Source of the DNA: Acanthaster planci
Taxonomy: Eukaryota
Direction: 5' to 3'
Assembly: GCF_001949145.1 (NCBI RefSeq)
Contig: NW_019091358.1
Coordinates: 1,870,240-1,934,239 of the forward strand
DNA: 64,000 nucleotides
A program made the position numbers and the translations under genes. Position 1 is the first letter of the stretch, and each line of letters starts with the position of its first letter. A model generated the notes under the pieces. The model saw nothing but the letters and a program-made list of their open reading frames with translations, was not told the DNA's origin and made no database searches. Shown piece by piece: positions 13,851 through 27,426 of the stretch.

Positions 13851-16800
13851 CTAGAAAGAGGATGGTCTTGTGAGCTGATGTCTTTTTGATGGCATATTTT
13901 TGTTGACATATCGCTCGGTGTACAGCCTTCCATGGTGACACACAACAGTCTTGATGAACAGTCCGCTGATTCTCTTCACAAGTTGAGTGCCATGATCATC
14001 TTCTACGGTGAGGTCTTGCTCAAGGAAATGCTCAGACAGATCAGGCAATACCGAGGAGCCCATTTCAAGCAACAAATCTTGCTGGACAGTTTTTATAAGA
14101 GCTGGACAAGTTCCAAGGGGGTTGGGTCTTCCTTTTGGTCAATGCTCTCCTGTATAGAAGCTAAAAGAACATGTTTCCATTTTTGTGTTTCTCAGTCTTT
14201 TCTGGTCAAGTGCCTTGCAAAGTTGTAGCAAATATAGTAGAGCCCTCTTACATGGTGCACTTCCACGTTCACTTGACTTTCATCGTACGGCGTGGCCAAA
14301 CATCTTGGTTGAAAATCTCAAAACTCATTTTTAAACACCGTTATGATTCATGGTACACGTACTGAGCCTTTGTGATCAATTTCAGTGCGATGAAATTTTG
14401 TCAGAAATCTAAACTGTTCATATCTGGAAATTTGACTCAAATTCAAGGGGGAGTTTCCAAACACGGCGCACTTGAAAATATGTCGGAAAATCCCATAAAC
14501 ATTTTTAAAATACTTTAAAGTCGGCAAATTCTTGTAAGCATGATCTCACTCAAATGCCTATGAACAAGTTTGTCAGAGAATTCTTTTTGCCTTTTTCACT
14601 GACATGGCATCAAGCATAAGCATACAATTCTTTTTCAAAGAATCCTCAGCTGCCATTTCCTTGACATGATTAATGACCTCAGTCAGAAATCCTGGCTGGC
14701 AGTTCAGGCTTGCACTCCATTTACGAATTGTGCTTGGATGCGGAAGATGTACATGTAAATACTGCCTAACAAAGTCATAGGCTTGAGCACCATAGAAAAG
14801 ACGGGTTAAAGCAAATTGCTTGAGTTTCTCCGAGAACCTGTACGTGCCTGTGTTTGTCTTTTTCGGATGATTTTAGCTCATTGTCAATCAGTTTGAATGT
14901 ATTTTCTCCAAAGTTGAGCTTCAACAATTCCCACTGTCCATGGTTTATCATGTGCTTATTGTTTATATCTTCTACATTGTAGAAGACTTGCATTTTTTTT
15001 ACTTTGACATTTCACCTTTTGTTTAGCTGCTTTAAGTTCCATACGGACCTCTTGAAGTTTGTCAGTGGTTTCTTTAGTTTCCCATAAACTGCACTTATTG
15101 ATGTAGTATACATGTGGTCTTCTGTGACAGCCTTCTTGGGAGATTGTGGGCTTGGATTAACTGCAGGCATTCCTCTTTTAGGCGGAGGCCTCTTGCTCGC
15201 TTGCTTGTGTTGTGGAAACTGGGGAAAAACGGAGGGTACAACACACTCCCGGAGTTCATGTTGAACAATGTCACGGTCATCTCTGGGGTGTACACCTGCA
15301 AAATGCAAAGTTAAAGCTTAATATTGAAATGTGTATACCCTACTTTAAGAAAGGATCAATCAGTGGCGACTTGGTTTTGCCAACTCTTATACATGTACTT
15401 TTATTCGTGTGTTTCTGAACTAAGAATCTTTAAGTATATTAACATATATCAGCAACGAATTGCTAAGGGAATAAACATGTGCTTACATGTAGTCTTAAAC
15501 ATGTGTTTAAGTCTGGCTAAGGAAAATGGGCACGACTAATGCCTGAGCTGCAGGCCAAGGCAATATAAGCATTCAAGCTCATACTTGTTCCCATTCATAA
15601 GTACCTTTCTTGTCAGAGAGTCAAAACAAATCAATATACGATAAATTTCCAAAAATTTTGTCCAAGAATTTCACTTTCATTTTTCTAAGCACCCCATGTA
15701 TTTTATGGAATATATTCCTTGTGCAAGTTGTCAAGAAGAATCTTCATATATGGACTTGGCGTGCACATGGGGCATTCTACATGCTGCATCACAAGGAAAC
15801 TGTTGACCACTAGGAACTGATTTATTTGCCTCGTATTCAGGTGCCAGTGCTCTTTTATGCAGTGGGCATTATCAAATCGTTACGTCAATGATTTCGCTAC
15901 AGTTCCCAATTAGAAAAGTTCGTAACAATCACTTTTTGGTGCAATACCTAGTGAAATGCCCATATTTTGATATCAAAAGAGTGTAGAAACACACGAACAG
16001 TGCAGCAGACTAGAAACAGCTGAATATATATGCTCTGGGACTGAATGCAACTACCTGTGCATACATGTCAATACACATGTACAATGTATACCTCTTACGT
16101 AGTCCTCTTTCTCAAAATGCTCACTGCACACCACATGATGCTTTGATGGAGAAAAATCAGCTCTGCTGACACCTGCCACCCACTTGCTCAACTGAGCTGG
16201 CCTGGCGAGAGGGAACCGGAAAATATAATTCCTAAGTTAGAAAATACAAGTCATCATTTCAAGAATTAGACCCAAAAAAATGGCTTTTCACTTTTTTAGA
16301 ATATTACAGAAGTTGTGTGTCATGTCAAACTGGTAAATGAATTCCAAGACATGACTGCTTGGTCCGATTTACATTGATTGAAACACATTTCTTGCCAGTA
16401 GCACTAGTAATTCCTTAGCCCCGAATAATCACTCTCCAATGTTCCAGACATGGGGAGGTCACGTATGGAACCTGCACGAACATGATAGTCATTTTCGCAG
16501 ATTTTGTTATGCCTCTCACTGGTTCATCAAATTGAACTTGCCAGAATCGACTCTCTAATTTAATTAGATATTCATCTCTCACCGGCACCACTGTCCAGTC
16601 GTGTATCTAGAGTCAATACCTGTGAGTTGAACTTGATATTTGAGCCAGCAAGAGGCCTAGCGAAATTTACAAAAATGACTATCGTGTTCATTTAGGCGCC
16701 ATATAGGACTTCTCGATGTCTGCTGCACTGAAGCCTGATTATTTGGGCCATGAAATCTTGACATTTGATCTGATATACTGTTTATTCTGACATAGTCATT

Positions 16801-17538
16801 ATAACCACTTTGACACTAGTATTTTGATAGGCTGGCATGACTGGTGCGTGCTCAAAATCATCCAAAATTTGTCTCTAAACAAAAGCATGCTAACCATCCT
16901 CAAATCTCAAAAAAATGATTTGCAGGTATTTTACAGTACCTACACGTACATTATCAGTCTATAAGTAACCGTATACTACAGTACGCGTAAACAAGGCCCA
17001 ACGTATATTCCTCCGTCATAGACAGTATATGACGGAGGAGTATACATGTATATGTACATCGGGCCCTGTTTACGGGTCCCTGTATACATGTACATATACA
17101 TACATACAATCCGACAACGTACATGTATGCTTCGGAAAGTACATGTAGGCAATTTTTTTATCCTGTAAATCTTTCATCTCTTCAAAGTCATAAAAATCAC
17201 TGCATCAAAAGGCATGAAGGGCCCAATAAAAATTCCTACATCAATACCAAGTTTTTTGCCACAAGCATTGTGTGTTGTTGGGTCAGGCAACTGAAACTCA
17301 GTGTTTAAAAAGGTAAACTTACGTTACTCGGACTAAGATAGCAAATGCCAAACATGCAAAATTTAGCCTTACGTTACGGTTTGTAAATAACCACAATAAC
17401 CACAACATTAACATTAGGAAAATAGGCCTCAGGTTAGCATGCTTAGGGCCTAGGCCTACATGTACTTACATGAAATGAAACAGCAATTCCCTTCTTTCAC
17501 CGATTAGTGCATCCAAAGGCTGCACAGCTTTCAGGCAT
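13851..17538 (-). pseudogene. Spliced THAP-domain P-element transposase pseudogene
   Basis: Exon 17538-17470 reads MPESCAAFGCTNR*KKGIAVSFH|GTAAGT. Exon ~16218-16092 reads RFPLARPAQLSKWVAGVSRADFSPSKHHVVCSEHFEKEDYVR|GT. The exon from 15295 reads ..LRECVVPSVFP (THAP AVPTIF box), then DHMY, then KQFALTLHFYGAQAYDFVRQYL[HV]HLPHPSTIRKW..CQPGFL (~14690-14830), and the C-terminus HGTQLVKRISGLFIK..HHGR..SKRHQLTR (13851-14075). It has stops and frameshifts, and the catalytic middle appears deleted. Confidence 0.85.
16986..17074. repeat. Palindromic hairpin / tiny MITE inside the P element
   Basis: Arm CGTAAACAAGGCCCAACGTATATTCCTCCGTCATA pairs with TATGACGGAGGAGTATAC[ATGTATATGTAC]ATCGGGCCCTGTTTACG. Confidence 0.8.
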
Positions 17539-17672
17539 ACATGTATTTCTTTAAGATGTTCTTATGGAAGGAGAAGAGAAGATGTTCGCTGCAAAATCGC
17601 AGCAAAAGCGAGTACGGCCGACTAAAAGCCCTAGTGCTATGTACATGTAGGTCATTATTATCTAACTCTATG

Positions 17673-19040
17673 GTTACACCTCCTCTATCATTACAGCTGT
17701 TACAGGTGGAGAAAAGTAGAGAGCAAAGACATACATGTACATGACTGCATGGTCTCTGGTTTTACACCTAAATCTCCAACAGTACATGTACATGCGCATA
17801 TGTAGAAGTAGGGGAAATGACATGACTGGTCTCTGGTTAACACCACCCTCTCTAATTGCAACAGTTATAGAAGAGGTGCTTACTCTTCCCTCTCCCAGTG
17901 CCGCAGTTACAGATTCAGAAGTATTAGAAAAGAAGCCAGGAATGCATTCCCTTCGAGTGGTCTCTAATACAAGTTCCTCCCTAACCACAACAGTTACAGA
18001 TGAAGAAGTAGGGTAAGAAAACATGACCAGTCTCTGGATTAACCCTCTCCCTACCATTGCAGCTGTTTATACAGATGGAGAAGTCATGTACATGTACATG
18101 TAGCAAAAGAAGACATGACTGGTCTCTGGCTAGCACCTCCCTCCCGCACTGCAGCAGACAGAGAAACAGGGAGAGATTAGAAGACATGACTCGTCTATCT
18201 CTGGCTAACACCTCCTTCTCCAATTGCAGCAGTTCCAGATTCAAAAGTTGGGAAAGAAGATACGTGTTATCTCTACATGTAGCTTACACCTCCCTCTATC
18301 ATTGCAGCTATTACAGATGGAGTAATAGGGAAACATGACATGACTGTCTCTGACTTCCACCTCGCCACAACAGTGGTTACAGATAGAGAAGTAGGGTAAG
18401 AAGACCAACTGGTCCTTGGTTTACCCCTCCCTCTCCTATTGAAGCAGTGACAGACAGGGTATTCAGGAAAGAAGACATGACTGGTCTTTAATTGGCTTAC
18501 ACCTCTCTCTCTCCCACTGCAGCAGATACAAATATACTACGTAGAGAAGGAAAGAAGACATGACTATAGTCTCCGACTTAAACCTCCCTTTACCATTGCA
18601 CCTGTAACAGGTGGAGATATACGGACAGATGACATGAGAGATCTCTTGCTTACACCTCTCTCTCCCAGTGCAGCAGTTACAGATTCAGAGGTACATGTAA
18701 GAGAAAGAGACATGATACATGTAGGTCTCCGGCTCACACCTTCAAACTGCAACAATTACAGATGGAAGGGTAAGGAAACAATGCATGACTGGTCTCTGGC
18801 TTACACCTTCCGCTGCCACAACAGCATTTACAGATTGAGAAGTAGGGAAAGAAGACATGACTAGTCTCTGGCTTACACCTACATGTACAATGTACATGTA
18901 CATGTAGCTGCCTCTATCACTACAGTTATTACAGATTGAGAAGTAAGGAAAGAACACATGACTGTTCTCTTTCTTTCACCTCACTCTCCCACTGCGGCAG
19001 ATACATATGTAGAAGTGGTGAGATAAGATAACTGGTCTGC
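17673..19040 (+). repeat. ~72-bp minisatellite array, right part (continuation after the P element)
   Basis: Same unit as 11296-13614, resuming exactly at the TSD. It shares diagnostic unit variants with the left part. Confidence 0.9.
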
Positions 19041-22029
19041 ACATAAATTTGTATTTCTAGGGGTTATGCTTGTAAAGGTGAATCTGCCATGGGGTGCTGT
19101 TTGTTTTGCTATCAGGATATATAAAATTGCCTATAATAAAACGTATGTCGTCACAAATGGTACTTTAATAAGCCAAAAAAGTATGGTTAAAACCCTGTAA
19201 TGTGATTTTTCAATTATTTTGCACTAGCACTATAACTGAAGTTTCGAATAACTATTTACTGTTACATTTGTTCAATTTTAAACTAATTCTTTATGGCTAT
19301 CTTAAATTTTTGTGAATGATTTCTTCAAATTCCCCACTATTCCACTGCCATCACTGAATTTTTTTCAAATATACATGTAGTTTCCTTGAAAATCCTTATA
19401 ATTATATCCTGAGAAGAAAACCAGTAAATTGTTTTGGGAAAATGATCAAGTTCTCATCTATGTGAAGTACATGTAACTGATAAAGAATGCTCAAATAATA
19501 AAGTGAAATCAAGCAATGGACTTGATTTTAATTATTAAACGGCTTAACATGTGAATTCATATTATGCCCATTTATTTTTTTATTTATTATTAATAATCTG
19601 AAATTTAATGAAAAAACATGTCCATGTTAGCGTCTTTGTTGAAATGTTGGAAATGGATTCTTATGAAATGAAATGAGCATTAGTTTCCATTGTTCACATA
19701 CCTATCAGTTGCTTAATTGTTACTTCAAGTGTTCTAATCACTTTGCTATTTAACTAGAATCTTTTCTTTCATAATCAGAGATCCTGCTAGGTCGGAGACT
19801 GCAGTGGTCTATTATTCTTCTTAAATTTTACTCATGAATGTTTTAGGTGATACGTAAAATAATGCAATCGCTGGTCGTAAAAAGCTAGGAAAGCGAATGA
19901 AGTATTGCACAGATAGATTGGACTTTCCCATGATGGGAATGTAAATCTCTCGTATAGAGCTGATATTGACTCTTTTCAGAGTTCAGGCTATGATGCATTG
20001 AAAGATTATTCCTCCCCCACCATCTTTCTAGAATGGTTTAGATTTTATGTCTGGGTCATCTTGTTGAGTTGTGCACAGATGTTATTTATACAAAAGTAGG
20101 AAAAATCACCATCCTATAGCGTATCGTTTCACAAAGGCAAAGTTGAATTTCCCAACAACTACCACTACGCCTGTTGAGAGCACCATTCATGAAGAGTTGA
20201 AAGTCTCTGTGGGAACCGCAAAACAGGTGCTAAATGGGTTTTGGCATTTTCACGAACAGACAAAAATGTTTGTAGACTTATTACACAATTTTAATTTAAT
20301 TTCTTTGTATATTTGGGGGGTTATTTAAGATCTGTTCTTTCATGTAACATGTCAACTCAACAGAACACCAGGTACCATGGATATGCAATTCAATAAACGA
20401 GCAACCTTTCTCTTGGAGAAAACGGTGATGATTTGTTGGTAAAGGGTCACCTATGGTACAACATCAGATAGGAGGACTCACCACCCATGTAGATATATAC
20501 TCTGCAGGAGGACTTGGAGGCAACTGATATAAAACTGCTGCAAGAACAGTAGCAAGCAGCACTAGCAGCAGCAGCAGATGCACCATAACACTGTAAGTTA
20601 ATGAATGCTTTTTCTGTCAGCAAATCTCACCTGCAAGCATGAAACACATCAAATAACATCAGATTACATTTTGAATCTTGACATACTCAATAGCAGAGCC
20701 CCAATCCTCAAAAAAAACTTATATTAGGAGTTTAGGCACCCACCCTGCACACACCAACATTATGTAATCCATTTGAAAACTTAATATGTCTACATGTACG
20801 TTTCAATAAAGGCATAATATGGAGCTGCACAATTAGACCTATGTTTTGAAGCTATAGTTTGGTCAAACCCCTCACTTTTGTAAAAAAAAATTGATTTCTA
20901 AGATTGTTGTTGTTTGCTATTTGTTGGACATACATGTACTTCATCAATGGAACAATTTATGACCATACTGAGGCTCCGCAAATTTGCTTTGGCCATTTTA
21001 AAATCACAGAATACACAGCAACTGTAGCCATTATTGATATGAGATGTACATGTACATTTTCCTCAAAACAGTATCCCTGAAAGCAACTTGAGGGCGAATC
21101 TTTATTTTTCAGAAACCTGCCTGCTTTTCGACTAAATACAAGAGCACATAGTAGATACATGTAGATGGTATATATTAAAGAAACATTCATGAGAAAGGTT
21201 TAAACTTTAACAAAGTTTATTTGGAAGCATTATTATTAAATATACCCTTTTTTTGGTTCAAATAATGATTGTGGAAAAAACTTGTCTATGAGCGTATCCA
21301 TTTAAACTTCCACCAATAACTTCTATTAATGGAAGTAAAACATATCTTCCAAGCTACGGAGCGTCCAAGTTGATGCAACTGTAGTTTTTAGGTCCTTGTT
21401 TTGGGTAATAAAAAATCCCATTAATGAGGCAAATTTGTTTTTTAAGAATCTGGGCCCCTCTAAAGGCAGGATTTCATTGTTTATCTTCATTGCAGACAAT
21501 GTGATATTCTCTGCTCAATCTGGTCTACCGATACTGCAGGTGGCCAGTTCAGATTTCTTTTAATTATCTGCCTGATCTCATACTGTAAACTGTGACTCAC
21601 TAACCCTCCACTCTAGAGTTGTAGTGGTAACACGCAACTAATAAGAAAAATGATTGAAATCCTGGTACGGCTTGGCAAAACATCCGAGTTCAGGAAGTTG
21701 AACTCAGGTTTTCTGGTAAATGAAAATTCACAGCATGTTTAGTCAAAAAATTTAATTGATTAAAGATTTTTCTCCTTTAAAAGTATATAGACATGCAGCG
21801 GTGAAGTACCGGTACATGTACAGTTCCCATCCATGGAAAAAAGTCTAAGATCTGCACAATGGTGAATCATGCAATGCACAGTAGTCAAGTAAAATACAGC
21901 ATATATTGTATTGTAGAAATTAGGTTTTCATTCACCCTAACAGTCCTCAGTCCTCAAACAGGTGAAGGATTGAGGACTGTTAGGGTTAGTATCCTTGTAT
22001 ATCACGTACATGTATCCCTGTATCCCATC

Positions 22030-22360
22030 TATGATATGGATGAGCAAAACATCATCAACTTAGAGTCAAAACGCTGTGGTGGAATCATTGGTCTTAGCAG
22101 GAAACAACCACCTCTTATCCGATGAACTCTGGCAATTGAGGCACCTAATGAGAGAGCCTTATGCTAAGGTGATGGGTGAAAGATTTGGATTACACTGTAG
22201 GTACAGGAACATGTCATGAAGAAATGGACTGTAAGGAGAATCTTCCAGGCTCCAGATGGAAGAAAGACGAAGAGCATGTTCATGCAGTTATCAACCATTT
22301 TACAAACAACATGACCAACCTCTTTACATGTATCACACCTGGACACTCTCAAGTCTCATC
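22030..22360 (+). mobile_element. Academ-like transposase fragment (degenerate)
   Basis: DMDEQNIINLESKRCGGIIGLSRKQPPLIR* followed by SRWKKDEEHVHAVINHFTNNMTNLF resembles the D..EQT.N..SK..GGIIG...RW / R.KRDE..V......N..NPF segment of Academ-type transposases. Confidence 0.45.
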
Positions 22361-23579
22361 AATATCTACTTAAGTCGCAGCACAAACAAAAGTCTCTCCT
22401 CAATATTTGCAAAGGTTGATGAAAATAGCATGACGAGGATTGTGACAGGGGCCCTATATCTCAACGTTCTGCCACTAATGCAAAACCCCTTTATAAGGCC
22501 ACCTTTGGATAATGTTAGAAGAGCTTCCAAGCAGATAAAAGATGTCAGATGTCTGCACACAAAGTTCAACTATATCTTGGCGCATGCCAGATCAACATAG
22601 CTGGGGGAAAAAAGGATGGTGACATTTTGTTGAGAAATGACAATTAAGTTGGCTTCAACTGATAAAATCGCTGTTTTTTTATCATGACAGTTTTTAGAGA
22701 CAAAGTTTTTCATAAAAGTACATGTAATTTACCTTAAGGCCTACCGGTGGATACCACGTACCGTATTACTACATCACCGCACACTGCGGTAGATGCCGTG
22801 GGTTACTCAAAATCGACACCGGCCGTGCTAAGTCCCTCCAAAATTTACTCCCTCCGCAGTCAAACTGCAAATCCAGCAGCCACAAACCAACCACGTGCAA
22901 AACATTACACCACACTTTTTCGAAAAGTTGCGCAATGAAACTGACTCAAAATGCCAGATTTCAACTACAGATTGCCATGACACTCAGCCGGTGTGTTGAC
23001 GAAGTAATAAACAGGACAGGTAATCACAGCTCCAAAACTTTTTCACATGGCAACAGTGCAGAAATCAACGAAATGCGAGCGTGTACTGTACTCACGTCCG
23101 TGTACCTTTGACTCAGGCCGATCGGAGCCAGCTAATGAATGAGTCGGAGAAAGAGAGGAGATTAGTACGCCAGCACGGCGAAGTGCGACGTTTAAGACTT
23201 TAAGCCTACTTGTCTGGATCCACAATTTCCTCACAGAACCGTCCCAAAACTACACGTAGATTACACAGTTACAGATGTAAAAATTAACATTAAATAAACC
23301 ACGATCCTCAGTGCAATATGATTAAATATTTCAAAAAAATAAGTTTTGATAGATTACAGGACTATAGTCGGAGGATGATTACAATGGTAAAATGGCAGGA
23401 CAAATGTTAGACTCGCCTCAAGCCTGACCACACAAGTATGTAGGCCTATGCAACACTGAAGAAGATTATACTCACATGATGGGAGCAGGATTCCCGAGGC
23501 AGAGTTAAACTAGCTGTAGTCTTTTTTTTCCTGTAGCATTTCCGCTTTATGTCTACAAAGAAGTAAGTGAATGAAATAG

Positions 23580-23731
23580 TAGTGGCTTACCGGGGAAGGG
23601 GTGATACGCCCCCTCCCCCGATTTGTTTGAATAATGTCCGTTATAATGCAGCTGCAGCTGCCCCTTTGATAAAAAAGGTGCGCACCCCGAGTGCCCCCTC
23701 CCCCAGAAATTTAACCCCAGTTACGCCACTG
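23580..23731. mobile_element. Small GC-rich MITE-like element (CAGTGGCGTA-type ends)
   Basis: TAGTGGCTTAC...GTTACGCCACTG. Related ends occur at ~24785 and at 55627-55812. Confidence 0.4.
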
Positions 23732-23865
23732 CCTTGACTGCGTGTCCAGCAGATGGCCCTCCTCCGCCAAGGGCTCGGTCCTCCACATGGCCACGTAGAG
23801 CAGTCTACAAACATGATCTAGACATGTTCAAATAACGCAAATAACGGACTGAGCAGTTTGGCGCC

Positions 23866-24775
23866 AATACATTTGAAGCAAGCTATGGGACGGAGAGAAC
23901 CCCCCCGCCTTTGTGTTGGTCATTGTTTGATCGGAATCTCAGGAATTCTTTACAGATTTCTTGGGGGGATGTGTTGGGCAACAATAGTCTACAGTGCGTA
24001 TAGCGATTGGACAGGTAAGGGGGGTACCATCCCATATCTTGCCTGGTATACGCCAATAAGCCTCTATTTTGAATTGAATTGAAATTGCCAACATTTAAGC
24101 AACAGTATAAGGAGAGCCTGTGGGACCAGAGAAATGCAGGCATTTAATTCGGGAAAACAAAGAAAGATCTTCATTTTTGCCCCCGCCACTGACTCAAACC
24201 CTGGTATAGACCTGGAATGAAACCTCAATTCCTCTTGCCCCTATAGGTCCACCATTTAGACGACAAAATCGGAGAGACAACAGGAAAATGCCATAGGCCT
24301 ACTCGCTGAAAAATGAGAGTTTTTGAAGTCCGATGTAGGCCTACTTTTGATTTCATGTAGGGCTTCAATGAAGAATCAAATAATTGTCAATTACAAGGTT
24401 AGAAAATGCTTATTAAATGTTAAAGATAAATTCTTCTCCACTGATATTACACGGGTGTGTTCATTTTAAAGAATTAGTGAGAATCACTATATCAAGTGTT
24501 CTGCTTAATTAAAACTTCCATTTGCTTATCATGTTTTATGCTCGTATCAGTGAAAGTGTTACTTGCTCTCTCGACTGTAAACCCTGCTTGATATGGGAGG
24601 GAGGGGTACTCCACCCCCTGAATGTTCAAACCCTACAGACACTCTAGACTATTGTTACCTAACACGTCCTCCCCCCTACCATGTCTGAAAAGAATTCCTG
24701 CAATTCCGGCCAAACAATGACCAATAAAGGGGGTCAGGTTCTCTCCGTCCCACATCTTGCTTCAAATGTATGGCT
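23866..24775. repeat. Diverged ~180-bp inverted repeat pair (foldback/MITE-like)
   Basis: ATACATTTGAAGCAAG..TGGGACGGAGAGAACC..TTGGTCATTGTTTG..AGGAATTCTTT..AACAATAGTCTA (23866-24045) is the reverse complement of 24585-24775. Confidence 0.75.
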
Positions 24776-27426
24776 GTGGAAACCAGTGGCGTAAATTTGT
24801 GGCGAAAATTGGGGAGATGGGGGATTCGTGGGGGGGGGTGCTGACACAATATAGATGTCCATGATACAGATGTACATCCTTAATATTATGTATTTCATTT
24901 CTGCAGAATCTTACATCAGAACTGCATATTTATGGCTTTTTTAATTGTCCACCCTTCTGCGTGCTTTTGAGTACATTTTCGCTGTTTGAAGTCCTAAAAT
25001 CAGATTCGATTCAACATGTAATGTGGAAGTTGTTTATTCAGACACTAACATCAATATTTCTCAATTGTGTGACAAACTGTGGAAAGCTCGAGTTGTTACT
25101 TTATTGCACATTAATTTAAACGTGTTAACAACGAAGGGAAAAATCTGTTTTTTCCCCCAATGACAAATACATATAAACTACGTGTAACGATGCGAAAAAA
25201 GGTCAGGAGATATCAAAGTAACTGCAAAATTTCACAATAATCCATTTTAAATTATAGACAAAAGTACTCTTCTATCAAAATAATCTTTTCCGTTTTCTGT
25301 TGTTCACCCTTCGCAATTAAGGGGGAAAATACACATAAAGTTTCCCATTTAAAATGCCTGCTCATGTCTGGTACATGCAACACGAACAATTACACAATAC
25401 TATGAAAACAAAGGTAAGGAAAGGACCATACCGTTTAAAACATAAAATCAAATTTCAAGCAAAGTGTTAAAAATCATTTGCTATTCCTGACCATGTAAAA
25501 GATCTCAAAAAAATCGCCATGTTCAACTCTGCAAAACTTGACAAAAAATAATCTGACTCTTCTTACAAGAGTTTTCAACTTTCAGCATGCACTGGGTGTT
25601 TCAAGACAGGTATGAACAAAGGGGAATACAACTTCTTATAAGCAAATCACATTCTAGTACTATCAATACACTTCGTGGATCAGTGTTCTTAAAACGAGTT
25701 GTCTTCTAAATTGCTAAAATATACTTGAGTTAGTGTGGATAAAATCAACAGTGACTAATTTTGCATAGTGAATCACAAAAGAACACTTGAAAGTGTTGAC
25801 ATCATGCGGAATTGTCATCAAGTACAAACTCTCATTATGCAACGCCTGGGGAAAAAAGTCACACCGTCCACACTGCAGAAATGGAATGGTCAATGCCAAA
25901 GGTTGATGGATCAATCGACATTGCATTCTCCATTTGCACATTCACCCCGTCCGTGACGCTATAACACAGCTCTTCGTGTAAAAATTGTGGTGAATAGGAA
26001 ATAATCAGGATTTGCAAGGACAATACAGGACTTTCACTCAGTACTTTTTCAACCCTCGCATAAAAGGTAACAATGTTTCAAATAATTATGTGTATGAAAT
26101 TATTCCCCCAGCTGTACTCCTGAACATTATTTATACATGTATGTGGTTATCTGTATTCCATTGACGTTGAGTGCTCTGCAGCTAGCAAAACTCGCTGTGG
26201 CACAAACAGAATAAGGTAAAAAAAAAGGGGGGGAAAAGTAATGTAACTAAGCAAGAAATACATTAATTGTCACTTATCCAATCTACAAACGTTACTTCCC
26301 TATAAAGTGAAAAAGGAGACATACAAAACTTGTCTTGTGTAAACATTTGTTTTTAAATACGGACAAACTGCAAAATGTTTTGTAGACCTTTGGTCATGTT
26401 AAGTAAAATCTTTGGAACAGCATTGATATTTACACAGAAACTACATTTAGTGTTTACACAAATTATACTTCTTTACATAAAAGATCATGGAATCTATCAG
26501 AAGGCAACTGTGCACAATGTGATAAAAATATAGAATATGACACGTTAAAAATGCATATTGACTATACCATCTCTAGAGATGATACATGAACAGAAAATGT
26601 CATACTCAAACTGTGCATTAACTGTTCACAGGATTCAGATTTTATTCAAACTATTTAGTCAGTTCCTTGGAACGGCAGTTATGTAGATGTCCTACACCCT
26701 TATTTCAGATTGCATGCACAATGTGGATGAAGGAATCACACCATTTCAGACTGACAGAGATCTCAATCTGACATTGTCAATCAGCCAGGAAGGTGAGGGT
26801 GCTGCACGTGGATTTCATTTTGGTTTTCCCCAAAAGCAAAAACTCACTTCATTGGACCTTCCTTACAGAATAAGACAACTGGTGCTCGTGATAATCGGTG
26901 CTCATGGCATAACATCAGTGCTCGGTAACAATTGTAAGATTGCTCAATTAATCGAAGTGCAAACTGCACTGTGACGAAACAACATAACAGGACTCGGTTA
27001 CCTAGAGTTTATTATACTTCTAAATCATTCTACATGTGGCTTGCCTCTTCAACTGAGTCTTGCAACTCTTCCTTCAGTATTTGTTCTATTTTTCGACTTG
27101 CATTGATCTTGCTTGCTGGATCACTGTTAAACCCATGAGCCAGGGAAAAAGTGATGGTGATGCATCTCATTTTGAAAAAGGTTACAGTTGAGTCTATCGC
27201 CAGTCCTCAAAAGACGCTACAAGTCCATCACAAGTCATCCAGTCTGAAGCCAAGCTAAATATTGCTCATCTAGTCACTTCTGACTGGACTAGTGACTGGA
27301 CTCACGAAAGGACTTATGACTGAACATGTGCAGGGATGACTGGACTTGTCATGGACTGCACTACAAAGTCCAGGCTGATGGTGAATTGCTTCTAAAAATT
27401 GTACTTCACTGATTCCTTATTTCTCA

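Larger units (their letters stand above)
13615..17672 (-). mobile_element. P-element superfamily (THAP9-like) DNA transposon with both ends, internally deleted and degenerate
   Basis: TIRs are CATAGAGTTAGATATAATAATGACCT (from 13615) and AGGTCATTATTATCTAACTCTATG (ending 17672). A perfect 8-bp TSD GTTACACC lies at 13607-13614 and 17673-17680. The element encodes THAP and P-transposase pieces. Confidence 0.92.

Noticed and set aside
11296..19040. CRISPR-like appearance of the recurring GACATGACTGGTCTCTGGCTTACACC
   Set aside because: The sequences between repeats are homologous to each other (tandem units, not unique spacers), there are no cas genes, and the context is eukaryotic.
19800..23300. 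Possible spliced pseudogene or TE gene pieces on both strands (e.g. acceptor near 22600, donor near 22732)
   Set aside because: There is no coherent reading frame or recognisable domain apart from the Academ-like fragment.
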